From Pirellulales bacterium (GTDB lineage: Bacteria; Planctomycetota; Planctomycetia; Pirellulales; PALSA-1355), in assembly GCA_041741015.1 (NCBI GenBank), contig JBGSKX010000248.1:509-64508 (forward strand): DNA of 64,000 bases, given 5' to 3'. Of the stretch, positions 1-9,826 are shown in pieces; the stretch's first letter is position 1; the number at the start of each line of letters is the position of its first letter. A program made the translations under genes and the position numbers. The notes below the pieces were generated by a model, which was given only the letters and a program-made list of their open reading frames with translations, was not told the origin of the DNA and made no database searches.

Positions 1-1
1 G

Positions 2-1309
2 GCACCGCACAAGGTGGCCTATCGGCTGGATGGACCGACCGGTTTGCCGACTGAAGGCGACTGGTACGCCAGTAAGGTCAGCCGCACCTGGGGTAGCGCC
101 GGTCTGCGCGACGTAATCGCATCGTTCGATGGTGGCACGATCGCCCAGATTTCGCCGGGTGACCTGGCTGAGGAGGACTTTGAGAAATCGTGGGGCTCGA
201 CTTCGAAGCTCGATTTCATCGCCGTGGATGCGCAGTATTTCTCCGTGGCGATGGTTCCGCAGAGCAAGCAGCCCGACCAGAAGCTGTTCGAAGCAATCGT
301 GCCGATGCGCGTGGGCGCGGTGCCCGAAGAGTCGGCAGACATTCGACTGCTTAACGTGTCGTTCCGCATCGACAGCGTTCTGGCCGATCTGAAGCCCGGC
401 GAGTCGCTCGAGCATAGCTACCAGGTGTTCGCGGGGCCGAAACGCCGCGCACTGCTGGCCAATTATGGACCGAACGGCGAACTCACCGAGCTGATCTACT
501 TCGGCTGGTTCTGGCCGGTCGCGCAGTTTCTCAGCGAGGTGTTGCACGCCTTCTACTCCGTGGTCCGTAACTACGGCATCGCGATCATCATGCTGACCGT
601 GCTGGTCCGCGGGTGCATGTTCCCGTTGAGCCGCAAGCAGGCTCTCGGCGCGCAGAAGATGCAAGAGCTGCAGCCTGAGATGAAGAAGATCAACGAGAAG
701 TACAAGAGCGACGCGGAGAAGCGGACCAAGGCGATGCAGGACTTGTTCCGGCAGCACAAGTACAACCCGGTGGGCGGGTGCATGCTGGCGTTCGCGCAGC
801 TTCCGATCTTCGTGGGTCTATATCGCTCGCTGATGGTGGACGTGGAATTGCGCCAGGCGCCGCTGATCAGCGATGCCGTGCGCTGGGCTTCGAACCTGGC
901 CGCGCCGGACATGTTCTGGAACTGGTCGCACCTGATGCCGGATTTCATCACGGCCGGCACCGGCTTCCTGGGACTGGGACCCTACCTGAACGTGCTGCCG
1001 CTGGTGACGATCGCCCTGTTCATCTGGCAGCAGAAGATGTTCATGCCGCCGCCGGCCGACGAACAGGCCGCAATGCAACAGAAGATGATGCAGTACATGA
1101 TGATTTTCATGGGCGTGCTGTTCTTCAAAGTCGCCAGCGGTCTGTGCGTATACTTCATCGCGTCGAGCTTGTGGGGCGTTGCCGAGCGGAAGCTTCTGCC
1201 CAAGGCTCAGAAAAAAACTGATCCCGACGGGACCCCGGTTGCCGTAACCTCGACCTCCGAAGGCAATGGCGCCGCGGCTCGCAAGCGTCGCCAGAAGGGC
1301 CGTAAGTAG
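2..1309 (+). CDS. yidC: Membrane protein insertase YidC, C-terminal part (reading frame open to the window edge, 5' truncated)
   Basis: The frame has no stop back to nt 2. It carries YidC/Oxa1-type multi-pass core motifs (PIFVGLYRSL, LPLVTIALFIWQQKM) and a basic C-terminal tail. The yidC-mnmE neighbourhood is classical. Confidence 0.85.
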   Translation, partial: APHKVAYRLDGPTGLPTEGDWYASKVSRTWGSAGLRDVIASFDGGTIAQISPGDLAEEDFEKSWGSTSKLDFIAVDAQYFSVAMVPQSKQPDQKLFEAIVPMRVGAVPEESADIRLLNVSFRIDSVLADLKPGESLEHSYQVFAGPKRRALLANYGPNGELTELIYFGWFWPVAQFLSEVLHAFYSVVRNYGIAIIMLTVLVRGCMFPLSRKQALGAQKMQELQPEMKKINEKYKSDAEKRTKAMQDLFRQHKYNPVGGCMLAFAQLPIFVGLYRSLMVDVELRQAPLISDAVRWASNLAAPDMFWNWSHLMPDFITAGTGFLGLGPYLNVLPLVTIALFIWQQKMFMPPPADEQAAMQQKMMQYMMIFMGVLFFKVASGLCVYFIASSLWGVAERKLLPKAQKKTDPDGTPVAVTSTSEGNGAAARKRRQKGRK

Positions 1310-1331
1310 TTCTCGCGGCAGGTAGGTCGCC

Positions 1332-2717
1332 GTGTATCAGCTCGATCAAGCTACTGACACGATCGCCGCCATCGCCTCGACTTCGGGCAGTGCGTCGCGC
1401 GGCATCGTTCGACTCAGCGGTTCGGGCACACTCGCCGTGCTCGGCAACTGCGTCGCCGGCGAGGGCGTCCGCCGGCTGGCCGCGGTCCTTGAGCCAACGG
1501 CACTCGAAGTCGAGCTCGCCTTGTCGAGCAGCGAGTGCTGCCCTCTGCCGGCCACGATCTACTTCTGGCCGGACGAACGCAGCTACACGCGACAAGCCGC
1601 CGCCGAGATTCACACCACAGGCTCCCCTCCCCTGCTTGCTGCCGTGCTTTCGACTGCATGCGATAATGGGGCACGGCTCGCCCAGCCGGGTGAGTTCACT
1701 TTGCGGGCGTTCCTGGCAGGCAGACTCGACCTGACACAGGCGGAAGCGGTGCTCGGAGTGATCGACGCCCGCGGAGACGACGACCTCCGCCACGCGCTTG
1801 GTCAACTCGCCGGAGGGCTGGCTCGACCGTTGCACCAACTTCGCGAGACGCTGCTCGACTTGCTTGCGCATCTGGAAGCAGGACTGGACTTTGTCGAGGA
1901 GGATATCGAGTTCGTAACACGCATCGAACTCGCTCGCCAGCTTACTGCGGCCAAAGTGGAACTGCAGGCGACCCTCACCCAGCTCACCGGCCGGAAGGTC
2001 GACCGTACACTAGCGCGGGTCGCGCTCGTCGGCTGGCCAAACGTTGGCAAAAGTAGCCTGTTCAACGCACTGGGCGGCGGGCAGGCGATCGTCTCGGACG
2101 TTCCCGGCACGACGCGCGATTATCTCTCCGCAGAGATCGACCTTGGTGGCGACCTTCGCTGCCAGCTCATCGACACGGCGGGGCACGAGGTGGTTGCTCC
2201 CACGGAAGCGGTGCCGCTTGAGGCACAGAAGCTATCGCGAGAGCAGGCGTTGCACTGTGACGTCGAGATCCTCTGCCTGGACTGCACTCGGGAACTGAAC
2301 GCCTGGGAGCGAGGTCGACTGGCCGAACCGGCGGCCACCGCACGGATCATCGCGTGGACCAAGAGCGACTTGCATCCGGCGGGCGTTTTCGCACGCCTGA
2401 CGTCGCCAGCTACAATCGTTTCCACAACTACTCGACACCAGGCCGGCGCTGCCCATCTTCGCGCGGCCCTCCGGTCGACTTTGGCAGACTTCGCCCATCA
2501 GGCCGGTTCGGCGACCGCGGAGCGCTGCTCCGGCAGCTTGCGAGCCGCGGTCGGTGGTGTCGCCGCGGCCCAGGAACTTTGCGATTCGGGCGGTGATGAA
2601 GCACTGATCGCCGTGGAATTGCGACTGGCGCTCGAGCAGCTTGGCCAGGTCGTGGGGGCCGTTTACACGGACGACATCCTCGATCGCGTGTTCAGCAGGT
2701 TCTGCATTGGCAAATAG
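1332..2717 (+). CDS. mnmE: tRNA modification GTPase MnmE/TrmE
   Basis: G1 motif GWPNVGKSSLFNAL, a DTAG motif, and the family-typical C-terminal CIGK. GTG start. Lies directly downstream of yidC. Confidence 0.9.
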   Translation: MYQLDQATDTIAAIASTSGSASRGIVRLSGSGTLAVLGNCVAGEGVRRLAAVLEPTALEVELALSSSECCPLPATIYFWPDERSYTRQAAAEIHTTGSPPLLAAVLSTACDNGARLAQPGEFTLRAFLAGRLDLTQAEAVLGVIDARGDDDLRHALGQLAGGLARPLHQLRETLLDLLAHLEAGLDFVEEDIEFVTRIELARQLTAAKVELQATLTQLTGRKVDRTLARVALVGWPNVGKSSLFNALGGGQAIVSDVPGTTRDYLSAEIDLGGDLRCQLIDTAGHEVVAPTEAVPLEAQKLSREQALHCDVEILCLDCTRELNAWERGRLAEPAATARIIAWTKSDLHPAGVFARLTSPATIVSTTTRHQAGAAHLRAALRSTLADFAHQAGSATAERCSGSLRAAVGGVAAAQELCDSGGDEALIAVELRLALEQLGQVVGAVYTDDILDRVFSRFCIGK

Positions 2718-2952
2718 CTTGACGAGCGGAGCCAAGATCGAACCGTCGGCGGCGAATGCACCTCTGATTGGCGGGAGGTATGTCGTCAGCAGCACACTCC
2801 TGTTGGAGCCGCTTCGGCCGTTAGGCTAAACTACCGGACGCACCTCCCCCCGCGTGAATCGGAACGAGAAGGCACGAGGCACGCCTCACGCGTACACAAC
2901 CGAAGACTGCGTCGTTCCCCGCACACACCCAAACGTCCCGGCAGGTGTTCTC

Positions 2953-5364
2953 ATGCGACTTGTAGCGCTCACCCTTACGCTGGCGGCTGCGCTTGGCAGC
3001 TCCCAGGCTTTCGCCGTGCCCATCGGCACGAAGGTCGAAAACTTTACACTCAAGGACTATCACGGCCAGCCGCACTCGCTCACAGAAGCAGGCCGCGGGA
3101 AGATCGTGGTCCTGACGTTCCTGGGCACCGAGTGCCCGCTTGCAAAGCTTTATGCGCCGAAGCTGGCCGAGCTTGCAGAAAAGTACGCCGCCAAGGGCGT
3201 CGTATTCCTGGGTGTCGACTCGAATCGCCAGGATGCCACGACCGAGATCGCGGCGTTTGCCCGGGCTCATGAGATCAAGTTTCCGATTCTGAAGGACCTG
3301 AAGCAGAAGGTTGCCGACGCGGTTGGCGCCACGCGTACGCCGGAAGTCGTGGTGCTGGACACAACCGGCGCGATTCGCTATCGCGGCCGGATCGACGATC
3401 AGTACGGCTTCCAAGACAACAGAAACTATCTGCGCAACAAAGCGGAAACGAACGAGCTCGCCGAAGCGCTCGATGCGCTGGTGGGAAAGCAGGAAATCAA
3501 GAACTCGGAAGTCGCCGCGGCCGGTTGTCTGATTGGTCGCGACCTCGAACCGGTCGTCGACAGTGACGTGACTTACACCAAGCAGGTCGCACGGATCATG
3601 AACGACCGCTGCGTGTTCTGTCACCGCACGGGCCAGATCGCGCCATTCACGCTGACCAGCTACGACGACGTCGCCGGTTGGGCCTCAATGATTGAGGAAG
3701 TGGTGAGCCAGAACCGGATGCCTCCCTGGCACGCGAACGAACAGTTTGGACACTTCAGCAATGACGCCCGACTGAGCGATGAAGAGAAGGCCACGATTGC
3801 CAAGTGGGTCGAGAATGGCGCTCCTCAAGGCGATCCGCAGGACATGCCCGAACCGCCGCAGTTCGCCGAAGGCTGGATGATTCCAGAACCAGATCAAGTG
3901 TTGTATATGAGCGACAAGGCCTTTAACGTGCCCGCCACCGGCGTCGTGGACTACCAGATGTTCGTCGCCGATCCGGGCTGGAAGGAAGATAAGTGGATTG
4001 CCGCGATCGAGCCGCGACCGGGCAATCCAGCCATCGTGCATCACATCCTGATGTTCGTGCTGCCGCCTGACGGCAGTCTTGGCGGCGGGCTCGGTAGCGG
4101 TAACGACTTCCTCGGTGCGTATGCTCCAGGACTGCGGCCCGAGCCGCTGGAACCGGGTCTTGCGCGTTTTGTGCCGGCCGGCTCGAAACTGATATTCCAG
4201 ATGCACTACACGCCGAACGGCACGGCACAAACCGATCGCAGCTATTGCGGGTTCGTGTTTGCCGATCCGAAGGCGGTGCACAAGGAAGTCCGCGTGAACA
4301 GCGCCGTGAACGCGGTGTTCCAGATTCCGCCAGGAGAGGCCGACTATGCCGTGAAGGCGCGGCACATTTTTGCAGACGACTCGATGCTGCTGACGCTGAT
4401 GCCACACATGCATTTGCGCGGCAAATCGTTCCGCTATGAAGTCACTTACCCGGACGGCAAGAAGGAAGTGATTCTGGATGTGCCCAATTACGATTTTGGC
4501 TGGCAAACGAATTATCGCCTCGCCGAACCGAAGTTCATGCCGCGTGGCACGCGAATGGATTGTTATGCAACTTTCGACAACTCGCCGGACAATCTGAACA
4601 ATCCCGATCCGAAGCAGACGGTCGGCTTTGGCGATCAGACGTTCGAGGAGATGATGATCGGGTTTTTCGAGCAAATGCCAGCGCATGGCGACTTGCAGAA
4701 GCCGGAGGACAAACCCCGCGAATTGTCGCGCGTCGAGCGATTCGGGGTGATTTTGGCCGCCTCGAAAGGTGAGCCGGACGACAACCTGAAGTTCGGCGCG
4801 TATCTTGCGCTGACCGATCCCAACATCTTCCGTCAGTTCGACGACATCCTGCGGATGAGCGTGCCGCAGGTTGATGCAGTGACCGTGCATGCCGTCAAGG
4901 ACGGCAAGTTGGTGGACGTGATAGCGATGCAAATGGAGGGTGGCCCGCATCCTCGTCACAAGCACGGCGATGATGAAGATGACGACGACGAAGGCGAGCG
5001 GGAGGTGGAAGCTGCCATTATCGAGGCCCGCAAGAAGGCCGGCAAGCCGCTCACACTTCCGTTAAGCGCCCCGATTCCCCCGGCTGACGCCGAGGGCGAA
5101 AGCCTGGCCAAGTACCTGAGCGGCAAGAAGCCGGTGGCCAATGCGGATCTGGCCAAAGCCGAGGGCAAGATCATGGAAGAGATGCGCAAGCGCGGTGCCA
5201 AGTCAAGCTTGCACGTTCCGGCCGCCTACAACGGCGAACCGATCCTGATCAGCTTCTGGAGCAGGGACCCGAACGCGTTCCCGGCCCCAGCCCAGATGGC
5301 GCTCGCGGGAGTGGTCCAGATCATGGTCGCCCCGAAAAACGCTGAAGCTCAAGCTTCAAAGTAA
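2953..5364 (+). CDS. Secreted multidomain redox protein: redoxin (AhpC/TSA-like, single Cys TECPLA), a CxxCH haem-binding motif, and a copper type II ascorbate-dependent monooxygenase-like (PHM/DBH-like) domain
   Basis: Signal peptide MRLVALTLTLAAALGSSQAFA starting at the ATG at 2953. Redoxin fold motifs are present, followed by CVFCHRTGQIAPFTLTSYDDV. The candidate copper ligand set is VHHILMF, QMHYTPNG, MPHMHLRGKS and FEEMMIGFF. The C-terminus has an acidic/His-rich stretch. Confidence 0.7.
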   Translation: MRLVALTLTLAAALGSSQAFAVPIGTKVENFTLKDYHGQPHSLTEAGRGKIVVLTFLGTECPLAKLYAPKLAELAEKYAAKGVVFLGVDSNRQDATTEIAAFARAHEIKFPILKDLKQKVADAVGATRTPEVVVLDTTGAIRYRGRIDDQYGFQDNRNYLRNKAETNELAEALDALVGKQEIKNSEVAAAGCLIGRDLEPVVDSDVTYTKQVARIMNDRCVFCHRTGQIAPFTLTSYDDVAGWASMIEEVVSQNRMPPWHANEQFGHFSNDARLSDEEKATIAKWVENGAPQGDPQDMPEPPQFAEGWMIPEPDQVLYMSDKAFNVPATGVVDYQMFVADPGWKEDKWIAAIEPRPGNPAIVHHILMFVLPPDGSLGGGLGSGNDFLGAYAPGLRPEPLEPGLARFVPAGSKLIFQMHYTPNGTAQTDRSYCGFVFADPKAVHKEVRVNSAVNAVFQIPPGEADYAVKARHIFADDSMLLTLMPHMHLRGKSFRYEVTYPDGKKEVILDVPNYDFGWQTNYRLAEPKFMPRGTRMDCYATFDNSPDNLNNPDPKQTVGFGDQTFEEMMIGFFEQMPAHGDLQKPEDKPRELSRVERFGVILAASKGEPDDNLKFGAYLALTDPNIFRQFDDILRMSVPQVDAVTVHAVKDGKLVDVIAMQMEGGPHPRHKHGDDEDDDDEGEREVEAAIIEARKKAGKPLTLPLSAPIPPADAEGESLAKYLSGKKPVANADLAKAEGKIMEEMRKRGAKSSLHVPAAYNGEPILISFWSRDPNAFPAPAQMALAGVVQIMVAPKNAEAQASK

Positions 5365-5588
5365 TCCTTGAGAAATCGACTCTCGCTCCTTCGGCCCCTC
5401 GCCGCATTCCACACTTGGAGGAAATGCGGTGCTGGGGCCGAAGGTGCTTTCATGGGGTGCGTGAGCCGTTGCGAAACGCAATGACGCCCCCACTCTCGGT
5501 GCTTGTCGCCGGCGGCAAATCGTGCGATAAAGATCGCGCCGCAACGGATGAGCGGCGATCACCTCTTGCGCGCCGAGAACCCGCTCCT

Positions 5589-6647
5589 ATGACGCCTGAT
5601 GCCTTGGACTTTCTCCGCCGGCTGCTGGAAACGCCCAGCCCCTCGGGCTACGAGCAACAGATTCAGCAAGTCGTCCGCGACTACGTGGCGCCGTTCGCCG
5701 ACAAGACCACGACCGACGTGCATGGCAACCTGATCGTCAGCCGGAATTCTGATGCACCGCTGCGCGTGATGCTCGCCGGACATTGCGATCAGATCGGCTT
5801 CGTCGTGCAGTATCTCGACGATCAGGGGTTTCTCTACCTGCAGCCCATCGGCGGCTGGGATCCGATCGTGCTCGTGGGTCAGCGGCTCACGGTATGGTCC
5901 ACGGGCGGACCCGTTTCAGGCGTGATTGCCCGCAAGCCCATCCATTTGCTCAGCGATGAGGAACGGAAGCAGACGCCGAAGCTCAAGGACCTGTGGCTCG
6001 ATGTTGGCTGCCGCACGAAGGAGGAAGTTTCGGGACTGGTTCGCGTGGGCGATCCGGTGACGCTCGTACTGGGCTATCGGGAGATGCGAAACAATCTGGC
6101 CAGCGCGCCTGGCATGGATAATAAAACCGGCCTGTGGGTCGCGATTGAAGCCCTCCGCCGCACGGCGCCGCAGAAGCTGAACTGCGCGTTCTTCGCCGTC
6201 TCCACCGTACAGGAAGAGATCGGCCTGCGCGGTGCGATCACCAGCACCTATGGTGTTCACCCACACGTTGGGATCGCAATTGACGTGACCCACGCCACGG
6301 ACTGCCCGACGATCGACAAGAAGCAGGAAGGCGATCTGGCGCTAGGTCGCGGACCGGTCGTGTTTCGCGGGCCGAACATGAACCCACGCGTCGTCGAGCG
6401 GCTGTTGGAAACGGCTGCATCGCGAGAGCTGCCGGTGCAGATGGCGGCCAGCGGCAGAGCCACGCCGAATGACGCGAACACGATCCAGGTCAGCCGCGGC
6501 GGGGTGGCGACCGGCCTGGTCAGCATTCCGAACCGCTACATGCACAGTCCGGTCGAAATGATCTCGCTCGACGACATTGACCGAGCCGCCGACTTGCTGG
6601 CGGCGTTCGCTTTGTCACTATCGGGCGAAGAGTCGTTCGTTCCCTAG
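5589..6647 (+). CDS. M42 family aminopeptidase (FrvX / endoglucanase-like)
   Basis: N-terminus MTPDALDFLRRLLETPSPSGYE and the motif MLAGHCDQIGFVVQYLDDQGFLYLQPIGGWD are typical of M42. The ATG at 5589 was chosen over the longer ORF that starts at 5415. Confidence 0.85.
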   Translation: MTPDALDFLRRLLETPSPSGYEQQIQQVVRDYVAPFADKTTTDVHGNLIVSRNSDAPLRVMLAGHCDQIGFVVQYLDDQGFLYLQPIGGWDPIVLVGQRLTVWSTGGPVSGVIARKPIHLLSDEERKQTPKLKDLWLDVGCRTKEEVSGLVRVGDPVTLVLGYREMRNNLASAPGMDNKTGLWVAIEALRRTAPQKLNCAFFAVSTVQEEIGLRGAITSTYGVHPHVGIAIDVTHATDCPTIDKKQEGDLALGRGPVVFRGPNMNPRVVERLLETAASRELPVQMAASGRATPNDANTIQVSRGGVATGLVSIPNRYMHSPVEMISLDDIDRAADLLAAFALSLSGEESFVP

Positions 6648-6671
6648 ATGCGTTCTTCACGAGGCGGACCA

Positions 6672-7739
6672 ATGCACGCGATGCCGGTGATCGAAACGCC
6701 CCGCCTGCGATTGCGTCCACTTGCCGAAAGTGATCTTGACGATCTGGCGCGGCTCAACGCCAATCCGCAGGTGATGCAGTTCCTGGGCAGCGGCCAGACG
6801 CTCGACCGCGTGCAAACCTGGCAACTGCTCGCGCTCGCGAACGGGCACCAGCAGTTGCGCGGCTACTCGCTCATGGCGATCGAAGAGCGCGCGAGCGGCC
6901 GATTCGTCGGACGTACAGGCCCCTGGTTTCCGGTCGACTGGCCGATGATCGAAGTTGGCTGGGTGATCGATCCTGCCAGTCAAGGACAGGGCTTCGCCAC
7001 CGAAGCGGGCCGAGCGATGGTCGACTGGTGCTTTAGCAATCTGCCGGTTGACGAAGTGTGCAGCATGATTCTGCCCGGGAATACCGCTTCGACGCGCGTG
7101 GCGGAAAAGCTCGGCGCAAGGCACGCGGGGCGGCAATGGGTGTTCGGCAAGGAAGCGGACGTTTGGTTGCACGCTCGCCCGGGGATCATCCCCATGCCCG
7201 CGCATCCCTCGATTCCGATTGAGCCGGGCGAAAACTTCGAAATCCTGACCCATCGCTTTCGAATGCGGCCGTTTCGCGAGCGCGATCTCGACGAATTGGC
7301 GCGGCTCTACGCCGACCCGGCGGTGATGCGTTACATCGCAGAGGGCAAGACGTTCGACCGGGGGCTCACCTGGCGAGCCATCGCGGGCTTCCTGGGGCAC
7401 CGGCAGCTGCGCGGCTACTCGACCTGGGCCGTCGAGGATCAACGGACCGGTGTCTTCGTGGGTGAGTGCGGCCCGTCCTATCGCGAAGACCTGCCACACA
7501 TCGAAGTCGGCTGGTTGGTCGACCCACGCCGTCAAGGTCAGGGCATCGCCACAGAAGTCGCTCGGGCAGCGATTGACTGGTGCTTTGCCAATTTGGGCGT
7601 GAGTCAGCTCTCCAGCGTGATTCACCCCGAAAACGCAGCTTCGATCCGCGTGGCGATGAAGCTGGGGGCCGAACGCCAGGGGCAGATCCCAATCTATGGC
7701 GGTATGCAGGACTTGTGGATTCATCGCCGGCCAGCATAG
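6672..7739 (+). CDS. Tandem-duplicated GNAT (RimJ/RimL-like) N-acetyltransferase
   Basis: Two homologous halves. Each begins with TPRLRLRPL / THRFRMRPF followed by DLDxLARL...NPxVMxFL, and each carries the Q/RxxGxG/A acetyl-CoA motif (SQGQGFAT, RQGQGIAT). Confidence 0.75.
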   Translation: MHAMPVIETPRLRLRPLAESDLDDLARLNANPQVMQFLGSGQTLDRVQTWQLLALANGHQQLRGYSLMAIEERASGRFVGRTGPWFPVDWPMIEVGWVIDPASQGQGFATEAGRAMVDWCFSNLPVDEVCSMILPGNTASTRVAEKLGARHAGRQWVFGKEADVWLHARPGIIPMPAHPSIPIEPGENFEILTHRFRMRPFRERDLDELARLYADPAVMRYIAEGKTFDRGLTWRAIAGFLGHRQLRGYSTWAVEDQRTGVFVGECGPSYREDLPHIEVGWLVDPRRQGQGIATEVARAAIDWCFANLGVSQLSSVIHPENAASIRVAMKLGAERQGQIPIYGGMQDLWIHRRPA

Positions 7740-7873
7740 CCCGCGATCTCAGGTCCCTTCTGCCAATTTGGCACCGCACAGATCCCGTCGGTGGACCGGC
7801 ACGTTTCCAACTAGGACATAGCGTCCGACGCAAACGTTTTTCCAACAACAACTTACGACAACATCGCGACTCC

Positions 7874-7889
7874 TGGCACAAGCGTTGCT
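7874..7889 (+). promoter_or_regulatory. Candidate sigma-54 (-24/-12) promoter, TGGCAC-N5-TTGCT
   Basis: The sequence TGGCACAAGCGTTGCT matches all conserved positions of the RpoN consensus TGGCAC-N5-TTGCW. It is intergenic, in the sense orientation, about 165 nt upstream of the groEL1 start. Confidence 0.4.
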
Positions 7890-8053
7890 TTACCTAGGCA
7901 GCACATGATGCTCCGCCTGCCATTTATGGCCGCTGAGCGAAGCGACCAACCGCATCAAACCATCCAGCCCTGCCGCTCGACATTTACACAAACAGCGAAT
8001 AAGCGCTAAGCGAGCCGGGCATGACAGAAGCCTGTATTTAGGAGGAGTTCCGC

Positions 8054-9745
8054 GTGGCAAAACAAATGGTCTTTGACGAAGAGGCCCGCCAGGCGCTGGC
8101 CGCCGGGGTCAGCAAGTTGGCCCGAGCCGTTCGCAGCACGCTTGGCCCCCGTGGCCGCAACGCCGTGCTCGACAAGGGCTGGGGTTCGCCGAAAGTGACC
8201 AAGGACGGTGTAACCGTCGCCGAGAACATCGAACTCGACGATCCTTATGAAAACCTCGGCGCGCAACTGGTCAAAGAAGCCGCCAGCAAAACGAACGACG
8301 TTGCGGGCGACGGGACCACGACCGCCACCGTGTTGGCCGAAGCCATTTTCCGCGAAGGCCTGAAGATGATCGCCGCCGGCGCCGATCCGATGGCCCTCTC
8401 GCGTGGCATCAACAAAGCGACCGAAGCGATCAGCCAGGCCATTGCCAAGATGGCCACCCCCATCGACGAGAAGAGCAAGAAGGAGATCATGCAGGTTGCC
8501 ACAATCGCGGGCAACAACGATCCCTCGATCGGCAGCGTGCTGGCCGACGCCTTTCTGAAGGTCGGCAAGGACGGCGTGATCACGATCGAAGAAGGCCGTC
8601 AGTCGGAAACCTTCGTCGAAGTCGTCGATGGAATGCAGTTCGATCGCGGTTTCCTCTCGCCTCATTTCGTCACCGACCAGGAGTCGCAGACGGTCGAACT
8701 CGACGGCGCATACGTCCTGCTTTATGAGGAGAAGATCTCAAACGCGAAGAGCCTTGTGCCGCTGCTCGAGGCAATCAGCAAGGCCAACAAGCCGCTGCTG
8801 ATCATTGCCGAAGACGTCGAAGGTGAAGCCCTCGCGACGCTCGTGGTCAACAAGATGCGGGGCATCCTGCAAGTTTGTGCCGTCAAGGCTCCCGGCTATG
8901 GCGATCGTCGCAAGGCAATGCTCGGCGATCTGGCCGTGCTTACCGGTGGCACCGCGATCTTCAAGGACCTGGGCATTCAGCTCGACGCCGTGAAGCTCTC
9001 CGATCTGGGCAAGGCCAAGAAGCTCACCATCTCGGCAGACAACACCACGGTCGTCGGCGGCGCCGGTAAGAAGGACGCCATTGAAGGTCGCGCCGAACAG
9101 ATCCGCCGCGAAATCGAGGGAACCGACAGCGAGTACGATCGCGAGAAGCTGCAGGAGCGGCTCGCCAAACTGGCGGGCGGCGTGGCTCAGATCAACGTTG
9201 GAGCCGCGACCGAAACCGAAATGAAAGAGCGCAAGGCGCTGATTGAAGACGCCAAGGCGGCCACGCAAGCCGCTCTGCAAGAGGGCATCGTCCCTGGCGG
9301 CGGTGTCGCTCTGATTCGTGCCGAATCGGCACTTTCTAAGCTGGACGTCAAGGGCGACGAGAAGCTCGGCGCGGACATCATTCGCAACGTGCTCGACCAT
9401 CCGCTGCGGGCAATTGCTCAGAATGCCGGCCTCGACGGTGCTGTGGTCGTCAATCGCGTTCGTCAGCTCAAGGGTAAGAACGAAGGCTACGATGCGGACA
9501 AAGACACCTACACCGATCTCGTGGCGGCAGGCGTTATCGATCCGGCCAAGGTGGTTCGCACGGCCCTGCAGAATGGTGCCAGTGTCGCGGCGCTGCTACT
9601 CACCACTGAATCGCTGATTGCTGAACTTCCAAGCGAAGATGATGCCGGCGGTGACCATGACCATCATGACCACGGCATGGGTGGCATGGGCGGAATGGGT
9701 GGCATGGGAATGGGTGGTATGGGCGGCATGGGCGGCATGATGTAA
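8054..9745 (+). CDS. groEL: Chaperonin GroEL (copy 1) with a His-rich plus GGM-repeat C-terminal tail
   Basis: Full-length Cpn60 similarity ([28 protein letters not shown]). The tail is [32 protein letters not shown]. An AGGAGG Shine-Dalgarno sequence precedes the GTG start. Confidence 0.95.
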   Translation: MAKQMVFDEEARQALAAGVSKLARAVRSTLGPRGRNAVLDKGWGSPKVTKDGVTVAENIELDDPYENLGAQLVKEAASKTNDVAGDGTTTATVLAEAIFREGLKMIAAGADPMALSRGINKATEAISQAIAKMATPIDEKSKKEIMQVATIAGNNDPSIGSVLADAFLKVGKDGVITIEEGRQSETFVEVVDGMQFDRGFLSPHFVTDQESQTVELDGAYVLLYEEKISNAKSLVPLLEAISKANKPLLIIAEDVEGEALATLVVNKMRGILQVCAVKAPGYGDRRKAMLGDLAVLTGGTAIFKDLGIQLDAVKLSDLGKAKKLTISADNTTVVGGAGKKDAIEGRAEQIRREIEGTDSEYDREKLQERLAKLAGGVAQINVGAATETEMKERKALIEDAKAATQAALQEGIVPGGGVALIRAESALSKLDVKGDEKLGADIIRNVLDHPLRAIAQNAGLDGAVVVNRVRQLKGKNEGYDADKDTYTDLVAAGVIDPAKVVRTALQNGASVAALLLTTESLIAELPSEDDAGGDHDHHDHGMGGMGGMGGMGMGGMGGMGGMM

Positions 9746-9826
9746 GCCGCGTGTTCGCTCGGCCTTGAATTCCAACTTTCAACCAAAATCAAATCACACA
9801 TAGATCAACGAAGGAATTTTTCAATC

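Noticed and set aside
6657-7724. Long antisense or alternative-frame ORFs that mirror real genes. Examples: 6657-7724(-), 10308-11519(-), 3685-4965(-), 27145-28680(+), 46156-48249(+), 16705-17658(+), 40906-41715(-).
   Set aside because: They are typical stop-codon-poor shadow frames of GC-rich DNA. Their translations are Arg/Ala/Gly/Pro-rich with no motifs, and each fully overlaps a confidently recognised gene on the other strand or in another frame.
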